64,000 nucleotides of DNA from Phaeosaccion multiseriatum (GCA_965112735.1 OZ218964.1:2675909-2739908), one strand, 5' to 3'. Positions 33,601 to 45,846 are shown, numbered from the stretch's first letter. Notes: generated from the sequence alone by a model not told the origin. Numbers and translations: made by a program.

Positions 33601-35937
33601 GAGGCAAGCACAAATACAAACACACACACACAACTGCGCCGCCTAACAAGCACAAACGCAAACTTGCCTGTGGATGCGAGCTCCTGCATCGCGTGCGTAG
33701 GAGAAGATGTCCTCCGTTTCGGGTAGGTCGAACTCAGTGCCGTCGAAGTTGCCGGCGTCGAGGAAGGCAATCTTGGCCCCAGGGGCGACCCCCTGTTGGT
33801 CGGGAATGACCTCTGCAAGGGAGAGAGAGCGGGTAGCTAGGGGTGAGGCTGAAGGGTTGGGCGCGGGTCTCTTCTCTGTAAGGGGGGGAAGCTCACGCCT
33901 ATCGACTCCCACATTGGCCTGAAGAGCGCCATGCACCGATCTATGCATGCACGCACGCACGCACACACCTTCCTTGTCATCATCGCTGACGCAGGTACCG
34001 GCGCTGTCCCCGTCGCAGCCGAAGGCAGGGCAATCCAATTCCCAATCGTACTCGGAGTCCGAGGCACGCGTCTGCAAGGCAGTCGATAGCTTGCACTGCC
34101 CCCAGCAGCTCCTGGGCAAGCAGTGGGGCAAGCAGGGGGGCAAGCAGGGGGGCAAGCAGGGGGGGGGGGGCAGGTGAGTGGCAGGACAGCATGAGGCAAC
34201 TGGCTGTGTCGAGAGGGGGGGGTGCTGCTGCATTGGCACTGTGCCTGGAAAGGATACAGGAGCGCGTCTCAACCGTTTGCGTATACGTGTGTGCGTATAT
34301 GTGTGTGCGTGTGCGTCTGTGTGTGTACTTGTGCGTATATGTGTGTGCGTGCGTGTACGTGTGGTGCATGCGCGCGTGCATCTCCGCACTCAGTTGGCAT
34401 TGGATTGTCGCGTGGCCAGCTGCCCGGGGCCTGGTCTTAGCCCTTAGGGTCTATAGCCCTTAGGGGTCTTAGCCCTTAGGGTCTATAGCCCCCGCCCCGC
34501 ACTCTCCGCCCTCCGGCCCTGCGCCCAAGCCCTTCCCCAGGACTCACTTGGCCATAGTGTCGTTGTCGCACGCGTAGTCGGTGAGGTTGTAGCTCGGCTC
34601 GAGCTGTCCTGCGATGGTACCCACCACGTGCGTGCCGTGCCCTGCGTCGCGCGGACCCGTGCATGCAGAGTACGTGGAGTGCGTGAGAGCAGTGGCAGGG
34701 GCGCAGGGGCGACACACGAAAAGCGAAGCAGGGTGCGAAAGAGCGTGCAAAAATCGCCCAAGCGGGGACGAAGTGAGCCAGGTTTGGCCCAGGCGTAAGC
34801 GGAACCCTAAGCCTAACCCTTCCCTCGTGCTTGCCTCACCTTCGTACTCGTCCAATGCGTCTTTGAAGGCGATGTACTGCACCACCTTACGGTTGGAGCT
34901 GTCGGTTACAGCGTTCGATACGTTGGAGCGCTCCACTTGCCCAAGGGACGCATCCTCGAAGTAGCATGACAGATCTGCGGGGGAGGGGAGGGGAGGGGGT
35001 TGGTCAGCGGACAGAAAGCACAAGGACGGAAGGAAGGACGGAAGAAGCACAACAGCACAAACACAGACGCACAAAGCATCGCAGCACTAAGCTGCACCGC
35101 CACACCGACTCCACTTACCGTCAAGGCCCGAGTCTACCACGCCCACCACCTGCCCCTCGCCCGTGATGTTCATGTCCCACATGGGGTAGTGCCCCCCCGG
35201 GGAGGCGGTCTGCACGACGGAGGCGCTGATGAAGTTGTCGAGGGAGGCCGCGAGGTGAAGGTCAATGAACTCGACGGAGGGTTGCGCGGCCAGGAAACCC
35301 ACAAAGCCCAGGGCACACGCTCTCTCTGAAGGTGGGGGGGGGGGGAGTCGGAGCAAGGGAAGGCAGGAGGAGAGGGACAAGGAGGGACAGGAGGAGGGAA
35401 TGGACGCGGACGGGGTCAGGGGGGCGGAGAACAAAGCTCCCACTCACGCCCGCCCGCAATCACGCCCCCAATTACACACCCACAGATTGTACATGCTGAC
35501 GCACTCACGGGTGTGGTCTTTGGCCTGTGCGGCCTCCCTGAGGTTGGCAAGCACTTTGCTGCCCCGCACCGTCACCAGCCCTGAGTTGGTTGACGACAGC
35601 TCTGCCTCGTGCCACCTGGGGGTCAAGGGGGGGGGGGGGGGAGGGAAATGTGAGAGATGATGCTCTGGGCCTCAGGGAGACTGTCCGGAGCTGCGCTGCC
35701 GCTACCCCTGCTCCTGCCCCAAGCCGTGCCCTGCCCGACCATCTCACTCACTCACTCACTCACTCACTCACTCACTCACTCACTCACTCACTCACTCACT
35801 CACTCACTCACTCACTCACTCACTCACCCGCAGCTCTCCGCCACAGGGGCTCCGTCTTGGTCCGTTTGGTGCAAGTGCTCCACGGCCTGGGCCCATGCAA
35901 TGGCCTTGGCGCTGTGCATGGGGTGCGTGGAGCGCTG

Positions 35938-35971
<34 letters not shown>

Positions 35972-36169
35972 CGTGTGCGTGTATGTGTGCGATGGCAAGG
36001 ACAATGAAGGAGGACGTGATCGGTGAGTTTGGTGAAGGGAGGGTCGAGACAACGTGCGTGAGTGTGTGTGTGTGCGTGTGTGTGTATGCATGTGTGTGTG
36101 TGCGTATATGTACATGTGTGTGACCGAGCGTGCGTGTGTGTGTGGGTATTTGTGTGTGTGTGTGCGTGT

Positions 36170-36257
<88 letters not shown>

Positions 36258-38262
36258 ATTTGTGTTTGTGTGTTTGTGAGTGTGTGTGTGTGTTTGTGGG
36301 TGTGTGTGTGGGTGGGTGTGTTCGATCACGCATGTGCCCCTGCACACACCTGCGATTGGTCCTGCGCGTCTTGCGAAGCCCAGTACAGCGTCTGGCGTAG
36401 AGTGCCGTCGGCCGCGGCAGCCACGAAGGCCTCTCCCCAGCCCTGCGCCAGAGGAAGCCCGCCCGAGCCCGGTGCCATGCTGAAGCAGAGCGGGGGGTGG
36501 CAGAGCAGGGGAGAGTGTGAGCTCAGTGGGTGCTAAGTGCCCTGGCAAGACCTCACTCCCTCCCTCACTTGCTGACTTCTTCACTCAAGTCACTCACGCT
36601 CTCACTCACTCCCTCACTCCCTCACTCACTCACTCACTCACTCACTCACTCACTCACTCACTCACTCACTCACTCACTCCCTCACTCACTCACTCACTCA
36701 CTCACTCACTCACTCACTCACTCACTCTCTCACTCACTCACTCACTCACTCACTCACTCACTCACTCACTCACTCACTCACTCACTCACTCACTCACTCA
36801 CTCACTCACTCACTCACTCACTCACTCACTCACTCACTCACTCACTCACTCCCGCCCTCAGGCTCTCACCCCCTCACTCACTGACTCACCTGACGTGCAG
36901 GCCCTTGGCCGTGTTGGCATGTTTGGCGGTGGAACCCTCAGCGGAGTGCAGAGTCTGCAGCAGCGGAGAGACCTTGAGGGGCGCGGGGAGCACCTGCATA
37001 CAGGGGGGGGGGCAGAGCAGAGCAGGCAGGGCAGAGAGGAGAGGAGAGCAGAGCGCAGCAGAGCTAAGCAGGGGGCGGAGGGGCGGAGCAGGGCCAGCAT
37101 GTATACAAGGCCGTCGCCCTGGCTCAAACCCAAGGCAGGTTCGCCCCCAAAACACCCTTTTGTTCTACGCACCTCCGCGCTGGTGAGCTTCTTTGTGTAC
37201 GGCATGGCCATGAGGTTCCTTCCGTACTCGAAGGGTGCGAACAGAGTGAAGCACGTGAGGCCGTGCTTTCTGCTGCTTAGAGACAACTTGACCTTCTTGG
37301 GGGACCCTCCCAACTCTGCGAGTACAAGGGAGGCGCAGACACGGCAACACGGAAAGGAGCATTCATTCGTTAGCGCTGAAGAAGGCTTGGCACGATTGTG
37401 CACAAGAAGAATTTGTAAAACACCCCCCCCCCCCCCTCTTCCCTCCCCCTCTCGTGCTCCTCCTATCCACTACCCAACCCCACGCCGCATACACCTCTCC
37501 CCCGCCCCCCCTTGCCATCTTCACCGTCCCTTCGCTCTTGACTTCCCCTCTCTCACCCCCGCCATGCTTACCCTCTCGGATACTCTTGAGTGCTTCGGCG
37601 CTGTTCTTGTAAGCAGTGCAGGCAAGGAAGTGCGCGTCTGAGCCCTCGGCCTCCACCATGCCCAGAGTGTGATCGGCAGACGCCACAAACGCGTGGTGCC
37701 CGACCTCGGCGTCGCTGCCGAACTGTTAGCACAAGAACCCAGTAAGCAGCAGCAGTAGTTGTAGAGAAGAGCAGTGGGAAGGAGAGGGAGAGAGAGAGAG
37801 AGAGAGAGAGAGATCAGCCAGACATACGAGCTGGACAGAGTGAGGGGAGAGAACGAAGACGGGGCGAGGAGCCCAGGCAGCAAACAACTGACACCTAACC
37901 CAGGTCGAGACGGTTCCTAAGGAGAGGAAGTACGGACATGATTGGGGGGCAAGGAACAAGAAAACTGGAAAAACGAAATCGATCCTCAGGATGTTTCAAA
38001 CAATCAATTTGGGTGATGCACTTACGTCGTGGGCTGCAGAGGTACTGAAACCCTTCAGCAAGTGGTCAGCGTAGCTCCAGCTGTTGGTTCGGCTTCGACC
38101 CCACCCGCCCGTAGCCACCGGCTTGGTGCTCTGGGCACGAGCCATACCCTCAGCCTGCTGGCTGTGTGCCTCGCGTGGTGCGTGTGTGAGCAGCAGGGTC
38201 AGTAGCAGCAGCAGCAGCAGCGGGGACGCGCGCCCTGGGTGAACTCCCAGACATCCCACCAT
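27684..38262 (-). CDS. Secreted S8 subtilisin-like serine protease (KP-43/TagC-like) with LNR (Notch-like) Cys repeats and a GPI-anchor-type C-terminus; 28 exons
   Basis: ATG at 38262 with a signal-like stretch ([15 protein letters not shown]). Catalytic motifs: [36 protein letters not shown]. Family motifs: [70 protein letters not shown]-like units: [24 protein letters not shown] and [24 protein letters not shown]. The end is [31 protein letters not shown]. All introns are GT-AG except one GC-AG. Confidence 0.9.
32129..32457. repeat. Long (CCCT)n microsatellite ((AGGG)n on the subtilase transcript)
   Basis: ~330 bp of ccct units. Shorter (CCCT)n tracts lie at about 1315, 4960, 8945, 9785, 19240, 21541 and 43630. 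Confidence 0.95.
35743..35827. repeat. (GTGA)n array starting at an intron donor on the minus-strand transcript
   Basis: The minus strand reads ...tgcgg|gtgagtgagtgagtgag... Confidence 0.95.
36590..36851. repeat. (CACT)n = (GTGA)n on the transcript, just downstream of the donor at 36889
   Basis: Long cact run visible directly. Confidence 0.95.
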
Positions 38263-39094
38263 CTTCAGGGCGAGCAGCAGCAGCAGAGTAGCAGCAGCAG
38301 CAGAAGAGTGTGTGAGCAAGAAACGAATGAAGGGAAACTTCGGACGACGTTACATTTTTATTCCCGCCGTCGGAGCGAAAAATCTTGGCGTGACGATGGC
38401 CGGTAGTGGGTGAGTAGGTCGGTTCAATGATCGGTTGGGGGGGGAAATGATTTTATTCAATGCGCCAAAGCTGCACCCGCCGCGACTCAAAGGGGCACCG
38501 TCAACCCCTCTCTCTCCAAGCGCTCCCTGGCTCTGTGTGCACGCGGTGGTGGTACAGGCTGTTGTGAATTAATGAATCAAAAGCTTCTCCTCGCTGCTCG
38601 CTGCTCGTGGGGTGCCCTTGCCTTGCCCTGTATACCGTAGCTACTTGTAGGGCCAGCCGGAACAGGGCGTCCCCTCCTCCACCCCCCTCCCCCTCCTCGC
38701 CCCTTCCTCGCGGCTCCGAGCAGGGTGCAGAGTGACGAGGGTGGAAGAGGGGGAGAGAGAGAGAGAGCATCTTCCTTCCTTCTCTGCGGAGGCCCAAGGT
38801 ATGCCTGAAGGGCATCCTCCCTCCCCCCCTGGGCCAAGTTCAGCCCGTTTAGGCACCGCGCCTCAGTCACAGCCGAGTCACAGTTGTCGGGCGCTATGAC
38901 GCACTGCCCAAGCCTCGCTGCTCTCTCGAGTAGCCAAGGTGCTTTGCGGCAGCAACCCTTGTGCAGCGACGGTATACTTGCCCTTCCCCGCGGAGAGCCA
39001 AGCGCACTGCTCATCAACACTCCTCTCATCACTTCACTCGCACATGAGCGTGAGAACGCCTCCTCTCCTCTCCCCTCCCCTTCCCTCTGCGCGC

Positions 39095-42000
39095 TTAGCC
39101 CTGCTCTGGCCGAGTCTCCCCCCCCTCCTCTACCGCTCCGTCTTCTCCGCCTTCCAGCTTCCGCGCCTCCTCGCGCATTCTCCTGAGGAGAGAGAGAGAG
39201 AGAGAGAGAGAGGGAGCGAGAGAGAGAGTAGCGGGCGGGTGGTACGAGCGCGAGAGGAAGAGCATGGAAGGGTCAGGCGGGGGCCCTTCATGGACGAACA
39301 GAGGCGCGGGCAGGACGGCGCGCTGGCAGCAGCACAGGAACAAGCGCAACGTAAATCCCCTTCGTCTCACCTCCGCCCGGCTATACCCTCCCCTTCGCTC
39401 GCCACCTCGCACGCTGGAAATCTGACCAAGACAGCGCTCATGTTGTCCCTGCTGCCCTTGGCCAGACACGTGTCGAGCAGCTCCTCGCACATGAGACCCA
39501 AGTGCTGCTCTCCCTCGCCCATCATCTGCGGAAGGACAGGGCAAAGCGTGAAGACAAGTGCAAAACGATACTCAGGGGCCGGGCCGGCATGTGCAAGGAA
39601 AAGGAGAGCGTCGCGCCCGCTCCAAGCAAGTACCGATCGATCCACTTCACTATGCTCTGTCCTGCTCCACTCGGCTCTGATCCACGATGCTCTGTCCTGC
39701 TCCACTCGGCTCTGATCCACTATGCTCTGTCCTGCTCCACTCGGCTCTGGTCCACTATGCTCTGCCCTGCTCCACTCGGCTCTGCTCGGCTCTGCTGCCT
39801 CACACACGGCGCCCCCACGCCCCCCCCCCCTCACTCACCAGCTGCAAACATGACACGCACTCCTCATCGGTCATTACATCCCAGATGCCGTCACACGCAA
39901 TCACAAGGAGGGCGTCCTCGGCTCTGACCCTTGCGCACGACTGGGTGTCAGGATATGCGGTGACCTTGCACGCCTGAGGAGGGCAGGCAGCCAGTGGGCG
40001 AGGAAAGAGCGTCAGCGACGGAGGCAGAGGGAGAGAGAGAGAGAGAGACCGACAGTCAGAGCCCCCCCCCCTCGCTTGTGGGACACCGCCGCCCCCGTCC
40101 ACTGCCTTCCTCCCTCCCCTGCCCACCTCAGGCTTGATGTTGTGGTCCTTGTATTGGAAGTCACCCAAGGCCCTGCTCACTGCCAAGTCTCCGTCTACCC
40201 TCTTCATGGACACACAGCCCCCCGCGGCCTCGATGCGAGTGCGCTCCCCTGTGTCTGTGGGCTGAAATAGAGAGAGAACGGGGGCGCAAATGTGGTATCG
40301 AAGGTGGAAGGGGGGTGGGGGGCAGGGCAGGACTGGCGGCTGGTGCAGGCTGGAGATGCAGAGAGCAGCGGCAAACACGGACGGCAGACACCAACAGCAC
40401 ACACGGACGGCAGGCAGCAGCAGCACACACGGACCGACTCCTTCCAACGAAGGCCAAAGCTTTTCGGGCGAGGCAGAGACAGACACGTCCGCCCCTCCCT
40501 CCTGCCTCCTACCCGGTCAAAAGTCAGCAGGGCCGCCGTCCTCCTTCCTGCTTCCTCCGTACCTTGTGATCGTCCGTGCGAGCCTTGACGACCCCTTTGC
40601 TAACGAACACGGCCCTTGAGTCTCCGGCGTGGGCCAGCACCACGTGTGAGGGAGTGATGATTGACGCTACGGCCGTGCATCCTGGAGGGAGGAGAAGGGC
40701 GCCAGAGATGAATATCGGAGAGGGAGAGAGAGAGCAAGAACAACGCAGGCGCAGTCGAGACATTCCGAAGCGGTACAGGCGGGGGGGCGGGAGTAGGGAA
40801 GATACAAATTCATCGCTGGCTTACCGCTTCTATCCTGTCCTGACACCAGGTCTGGCTCCAGTCTGAGCTCCTCGTCTGAGGTGGGAGGAAAAGAGGGGAG
40901 GAGAAGCCCGAGAGTGTCAGGTGCAGCCCAAAGGAAAGGAAAGGCAGGAAAGGAAAAACACGCCCTGCTGCTGTCTCACCCATGCGTAGGAAGCCCTGAA
41001 CGAGGGCTTGCTCCAGTTGCGAAACGTCTTTGCACCCCCCCGACACGTACTCCTGGTATGCCTTCGTCTGTGTTGGCAATTAGACAAGGCGAGATGCGAG
41101 CGGAAGAGTGGTAAGCCTTCTAACTCATCCTTTCCTTTGAGACTGCCTCTGCTCTGCCTCTGGAGGCGTAGAGTGTGTGTGAATCGCCACCCCCACCCAC
41201 CCGCCTCCCTCTCCCCCCTGCCCCACCCAACCCCACCCCAGGCAGGACAGTAGCCAATAGTCCCCTAACCCTAACCTTAACCTTCCTCACCTCCCCGACT
41301 TGCTTGAGCACCCTCTGGCCTGCCACCTTGGCACACAGAGAGCCCCCGTGGCCGTCGTACACCGCCACGAAGCTGGCCCGGCCCAAGCAGAGGGAGGGAG
41401 GGAGGGAGGGAGGGAGGAGATGGTAAGACGAGAACAACGACGAAGAACGACAACAAGAAGAAGAGGTGGAGGACGAGAATGGGGCCGCGAGAGCACCGCT
41501 GCAAGGACTGCTCTTGTCCAGGCCTGGGATTATCCAAGGGGGAAACCGAGCAGACGCCGCCTCACCTGTGGTCCGGTAGATCAGGTATATTTGGTACGAT
41601 GGTGTGGCTGTCCTCCATCTCCATTCGCCAGCCCTGCATGGCGGACGCCCCGAAGGCCAACCCTTCGCCATTCCCGCACTTGGCGGCGGATTCATCCTGA
41701 GTCTTGACTTCGGTTTCCTTTTCCACGTTCGGCTTGTCGAGGAGGGTCCCCTGTGACAGAGGGCGAGGCAAAGGGGGAAGGAGGGGGACGAAAGAGCCTC
41801 AGCCAAGCGTTTAAGGTGCAACGCACTTCACGAAGCTGACGCCGTCCTTGTGAAAGCTACTCCACCCTCCATCCAGTATACGGCAGCTGCACCCGATGAT
41901 CTCTGCTTCCTCGGTTCGGGGTTGTGCTGCCACGGCGGCAAGACCTCTACATAGGGTTCCCTCCCCCACCCAATGAGTGAGAGCTCTCAGCCCACGGTAT

Positions 42001-42112
42001 TTATTCACACATCCCCAGTAGCTACCGGAGGGAAAGGTGATTATCCGGTGTTCATCATGTCTCGCCCTTGTCCCGTCTTCCCTCCTCGGGCACAAGGAAG
42101 CTTCCTCACCAT
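39095..42112 (-). CDS. Protein phosphatase 2C (PPM1A/B-like), MG- N-terminus; 10 exons
   Basis: ATG-only coding exon 42112-42110 (gagATG|gtgagg), then 41750-41566 GTLLDKP...SAMQGWRMEMEDSH. Later motifs: FVAVYDGHGG, SGCTAV, AHAGDSR, DDHKP, ERTRIEAAGG, RVDGDLAVSRALGDFQYK, IACDGIWDV, GSRDNMS. Stop at 39095. Confidence 0.93.
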
Positions 42113-42375
42113 CTCGCCGCACTGGTGTTGCCTCAAGTCTTCTTCCCAGGCAAGTCCGCTCCCTTGTTCCAATACTCGTCCTGTCCTATGAAAGGGAGAA
42201 AGGCAACGGGCTAGAGGGAAAACCCAAGGGGGGGGGTCAAATCACAGACGCCACGAGACCAACACGTGTAGCAGTTTTTGGGAGCAGGCACAATTGGCAG
42301 GCACGTTGCAGAAATAAGTTCACAAGGAAAATGAAGAGAGAGAGAGGTTGAAGCAGGAAGACGGCAGAGGGCTCA

Positions 42376-42858
42376 ATGAGTCCTCCTCAGCAGCTGGAGG
42401 AGGGGGGGGAGGAGGAGGCCTGCAGGGAAGGCTCAGGACTTCGAAGCCGGCCCCAGATTAAGTTTCTGGGCATGGCCGTGCCTATGCTGGAGAAGGAAGT
42501 GTGTAGACGTGACCTCGCTGCTCAAGTACGGGGAAGACAGGGGACAGTTACCGACATTCGAGAGAGAAAGGGGATTGAGGAGGGGCAGAGAATGCTAGTG
42601 TGAGCCCGCCGACACACTGCTCCGAATGTCGGTCAAACAGGGGAAGCAGGGGGGGTGGTCTCCCGACCGCCGGGCTCCCTTCTCTCCCCTTGCTTCTGCC
42701 ACTTCCAGGTTCACCGCCGTGCTCTAACTCGCTTTGCCTTTGACGAGGATGGCGTGCAGCCCCGGGACTCCCTGCCTGATGCGATTAACATCTTCGTAAG
42801 CCTTCGGTCCCGCCAGCGGTAGGGGGATTTCGGCAGTAGCAGTAGTAGTAGTAGTAGT

Positions 42859-42895
<37 letters not shown>

Positions 42896-43489
42896 GTGAG
42901 GGAGTCTGGCATATTTAAGACGTGTGAAGGGGGAGAGAGGCCGCGGGGCCTCTTCGGTACTGGGACTCTCGGACTGCCGTTTTCAGTTGTCACCCCCCTT
43001 CCCTGCTTCCTTTCCTCCCTCCTCGCGGCCACTGACTTTGACTGCCACCCCCCTCACCCCAGCAGGAGCGGACGATGACACCGACGGAGGCAGGAGCAGT
43101 GGGGCGCACTCCTTGGTCTCCTCCCTATCTGCCCTGGGGGGAAGACCGCTGGACTTCAAAGTCCCGAGCCCTCGACTCTTCGGCAGTAAGGAGAGGGAAA
43201 CAGGCACCAATCAGCCGCCGCCGCTTTGACCCCTCTCCTCCCCGGCAGGCCTGGCAGGTGGGCTCTCCAGGCGGGCCATTCTGTGGGGAGGAGGGCTGGA
43301 GTTGCCGAGCCTATGTCACGCGAGGAGCCTCAGCACGTACTCCGGCTACTCCTTCGTGTCAAGAGATTCAGATGTGGAGTCGGGCTTGGGCGACAGCGTC
43401 GAGGGGAGGGACGCAGAGGAGGAGGGAAAGGAGCAGGCGTTTGGGCAGGGGCCGAGTTTATTGGTTGGCTTCGAGTTCGATCTGGACAG
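42376..43489 (+). CDS. Possible spliced gene of unknown function, divergent from PP2C and apparently cut off at its 3' end
   Basis: In-phase junction ...PSPRLFG|gtaagg...cggcag|SLAGGLSRR...SLSTYSGYSFVSRDSDVESG...FEFDLDR|gtgagg. The following intron-like (GA)n/(CCCT)n sequence runs into the repeat block at 43784. The 5' exons are unresolved. Confidence 0.3.
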
Positions 43490-43527
43490 GTGAGGTGGGC
43501 GACGAGCGCAGAAGAGGAACAAAGCCT

Positions 43528-43569
<42 letters not shown>

Positions 43570-43783
43570 CTCTGCTAGCTTGCGCTTGATGTCGTGACCT
43601 GTATTCTTCACAAAGATTTAGTTTTTTCTCCCTCCCTCCCTCCCTCCCTCCCTCCCCCTCCCTCCCCCTCCCTCCCTCCCTCCCTCGCTCGCTCCCTCCC
43701 TCCCTCCCTCCCTCCCTCCCTCCCTCCCTCCCTCCCTCCCTCCCTCCCTCCCTCCCTCCCTCCCTCCCTCCGACCCTGGACAA

Positions 43784-44061
43784 GATTACGGTGTGCGCCG
43801 GCCGTAATCAGTAATCAGCCCCCGGCTGGCGCATGATCAGTACTCAGGCCGGCTGGCGCCGGTCATAATCAGATATGAGGCCGGCTGCGCCGGCCGTAAT
43901 TACTAATCAGATAGGTCGAGCGAGGCTCAGTAGGCCTAGAACCGCCCGCCTAGGGAGAAAAAATGGCCGGCCTAGAGCGGCCAACGGCCACCGGCCTAGG
44001 CTTAGAGCGGGCGTAGGCCGCTCGGCCTAGGGCCTAGAGCATAGGCTTCTAGGCCAGTCTG
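43784..44061. mobile_element. Probable terminal segment of a DNA transposon (subterminal repeat cluster)
   Basis: Three gcgccggYcRtaat(cag) units (43795, 43856, 43887), a gattacgg/ccgtaatc hairpin and five ggcctag plus one ctaggcc motif, ending ggccagtctg. No partner end was found in the window. Confidence 0.4.
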
Positions 44062-44253
44062 GAGCCGAGAGAGGATCGAGAGAAGAGCTGCCCATCCCAG
44101 AATAATAATAATGTGTGACCGGAAACCAATAATAATAAGCGCCCCTTCCTCCTCAAAAGGGGGGGGGGGGAACTAATGGAGGGAAGAGAGTCATAGATCA
44201 TCTTGTACATCACCAAGGCCCTGCTTCTTGTACCTTGTATTTCAATCCAAGCA

Positions 44254-45156
44254 ATGAAGAGTTTCATCGCAATCATGGGCTTGTGCCTTGCCCCTGCTTT
44301 GGCCGTCGATTGGGGTGACTTCTGCTTCGATCACTGGGCCAAAAAAGTGGAAAGATGGCACGAAAAGCACTGCGCGAGGGTTCGTAGTGTGGTGCAACAC
44401 AGCTCTCTGTATAAATCACACAACACGAGGAGTTATGATGCTTGGGAACCCGAATGGAGTTGCGGGGAGGAGGATCGCGTGGGAGGGGATTTCGGGGATG
44501 GCGGGAAATTTGTCTGCGGCTCAACGTATCTCTCGCAGCAGAAAGACTGCCTTGTGTACTCGGTGGGTTCCAACTTGCAAGATGAGTTTGAGCAGAGTAT
44601 ACTCCAGCTGGCCCCAGACTGTGAAGTTCACACTTTCGACCCGACGGTGGAAGAAGCTGCCGGGAATGCATTGGCTTCCACGCATGGATACCACTTCCAT
44701 GCTATTGGTCTGACAGACAAAGAAAATTCAGGCAGCAAGCTTCGCTACGGCACTCTGCTCTCCCTCCAGGAAATGATGGTGCACCTTGGGCATGTGGGTC
44801 GGACGATTCATGTGCTAAAGGTGGATTGTGAAGGATGCGAGTTCGGCGCATTCAAATCGATTGCCGATCTGGCGGGAGGCAGTGACGCAATCAAGATTCA
44901 TCAAGCACAAGTCGAGGTCCACTACAACAACTTCGACGTGATTGCGAAGTTCTTCAGCAGCATGGATCAAAACGGCATGCTTTTGTTCCACAAAGAGCGC
45001 AACGGCTGGGGATGTAATGGCTACGGCTGCGTAGAGTTTGCATTCGCCCACCATACGTGGGCCGACGAAGTCTACCGGCTGGAACATTGCGACCCGCTGC
45101 TGGAAGAAGGGGTGTGGAAGGATGGACATTCCAACTTCGAGTTTACCTGCCCCTGA
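44254..45156 (+). CDS. Intronless secreted SAM-dependent methyltransferase-like protein (Methyltransf_22/METTL24-like), 300 aa
   Basis: Signal peptide MKSFIAIMGLCLAPALA|VD. Family motifs: WEPEWSC..EDRVGGDFGDGGKFVC, CLVYSVGSN...FE, CEVHTFDP, LGHVGRTIHVLKVDCEGCEF, QAQVEVH, LFHKERN...CVEFAF. Confidence 0.88.
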   Translation: MKSFIAIMGLCLAPALAVDWGDFCFDHWAKKVERWHEKHCARVRSVVQHSSLYKSHNTRSYDAWEPEWSCGEEDRVGGDFGDGGKFVCGSTYLSQQKDCLVYSVGSNLQDEFEQSILQLAPDCEVHTFDPTVEEAAGNALASTHGYHFHAIGLTDKENSGSKLRYGTLLSLQEMMVHLGHVGRTIHVLKVDCEGCEFGAFKSIADLAGGSDAIKIHQAQVEVHYNNFDVIAKFFSSMDQNGMLLFHKERNGWGCNGYGCVEFAFAHHTWADEVYRLEHCDPLLEEGVWKDGHSNFEFTCP

Positions 45157-45846
45157 CAGCAATGTCAAAGCAAATGGATGAGGAGCTGGAATTTGGCGTG
45201 TGCTCACGTCCAGCGTGTGCACCTCGGACAGAGTTAGAGTAGGTTTTACCACGGCAATGTGGTGGAGCTGGGAAGGGCTTAGTTACGTGAGTCTTATGAA
45301 GGCAATGTAACATATGTCAATAGGCATCAGAGAGGCTGGCTGGCCCCCTTCCTCTCTTGTAAAAACCTGCTGCTAGGCTCTCCTTATGTGGTAAAGCAAG
45401 GAAGGGCCCACATAGGGTTAGGGAGTGTTACAACTGTAGCTATGAGGCAGTTTATTGTAAGTCAATGGGTGCGTGACGGATCTGCGGCCGGCTGGCCCCT
45501 TCCTCACTCCTGGACCCGTGTGGACTGATAGGAAAGCTTGCTTAAAACAAGGAAGCCTCCTGGGTCTCTGGGTAAGGACAGTGCCCTTTGCTATTTATAA
45601 ATAAAGAAAAGAACAAAACAAAAATCTGTGTTCATTATCATACCCTCCTGCCCCCTGTGGAAGGTCGTGCTTAGAACTCCACGAAACGGACTAGACGCAC
45701 AGATAAGGTAGCAGCACCCCAAAGCTAGCCTGACAGCCGGCCTTGCATCTATTAGCTTATCTATGCACTGTCCTAAACGACCACCTGCAGGAGGATAGTG
45801 AGAAACGGGTTTGCCTAGGCCTGGGCCACGACTACGACTGACTTAA

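Noticed and set aside
33897-33918. Possible 22-nt micro-exon in the subtilase (cag|gccaatgtgggagtcgataggc|gtgagc)
   Set aside because: The flanking exons already join in phase ([10 protein letters not shown]). Inclusion in the required phase introduces a TAG.
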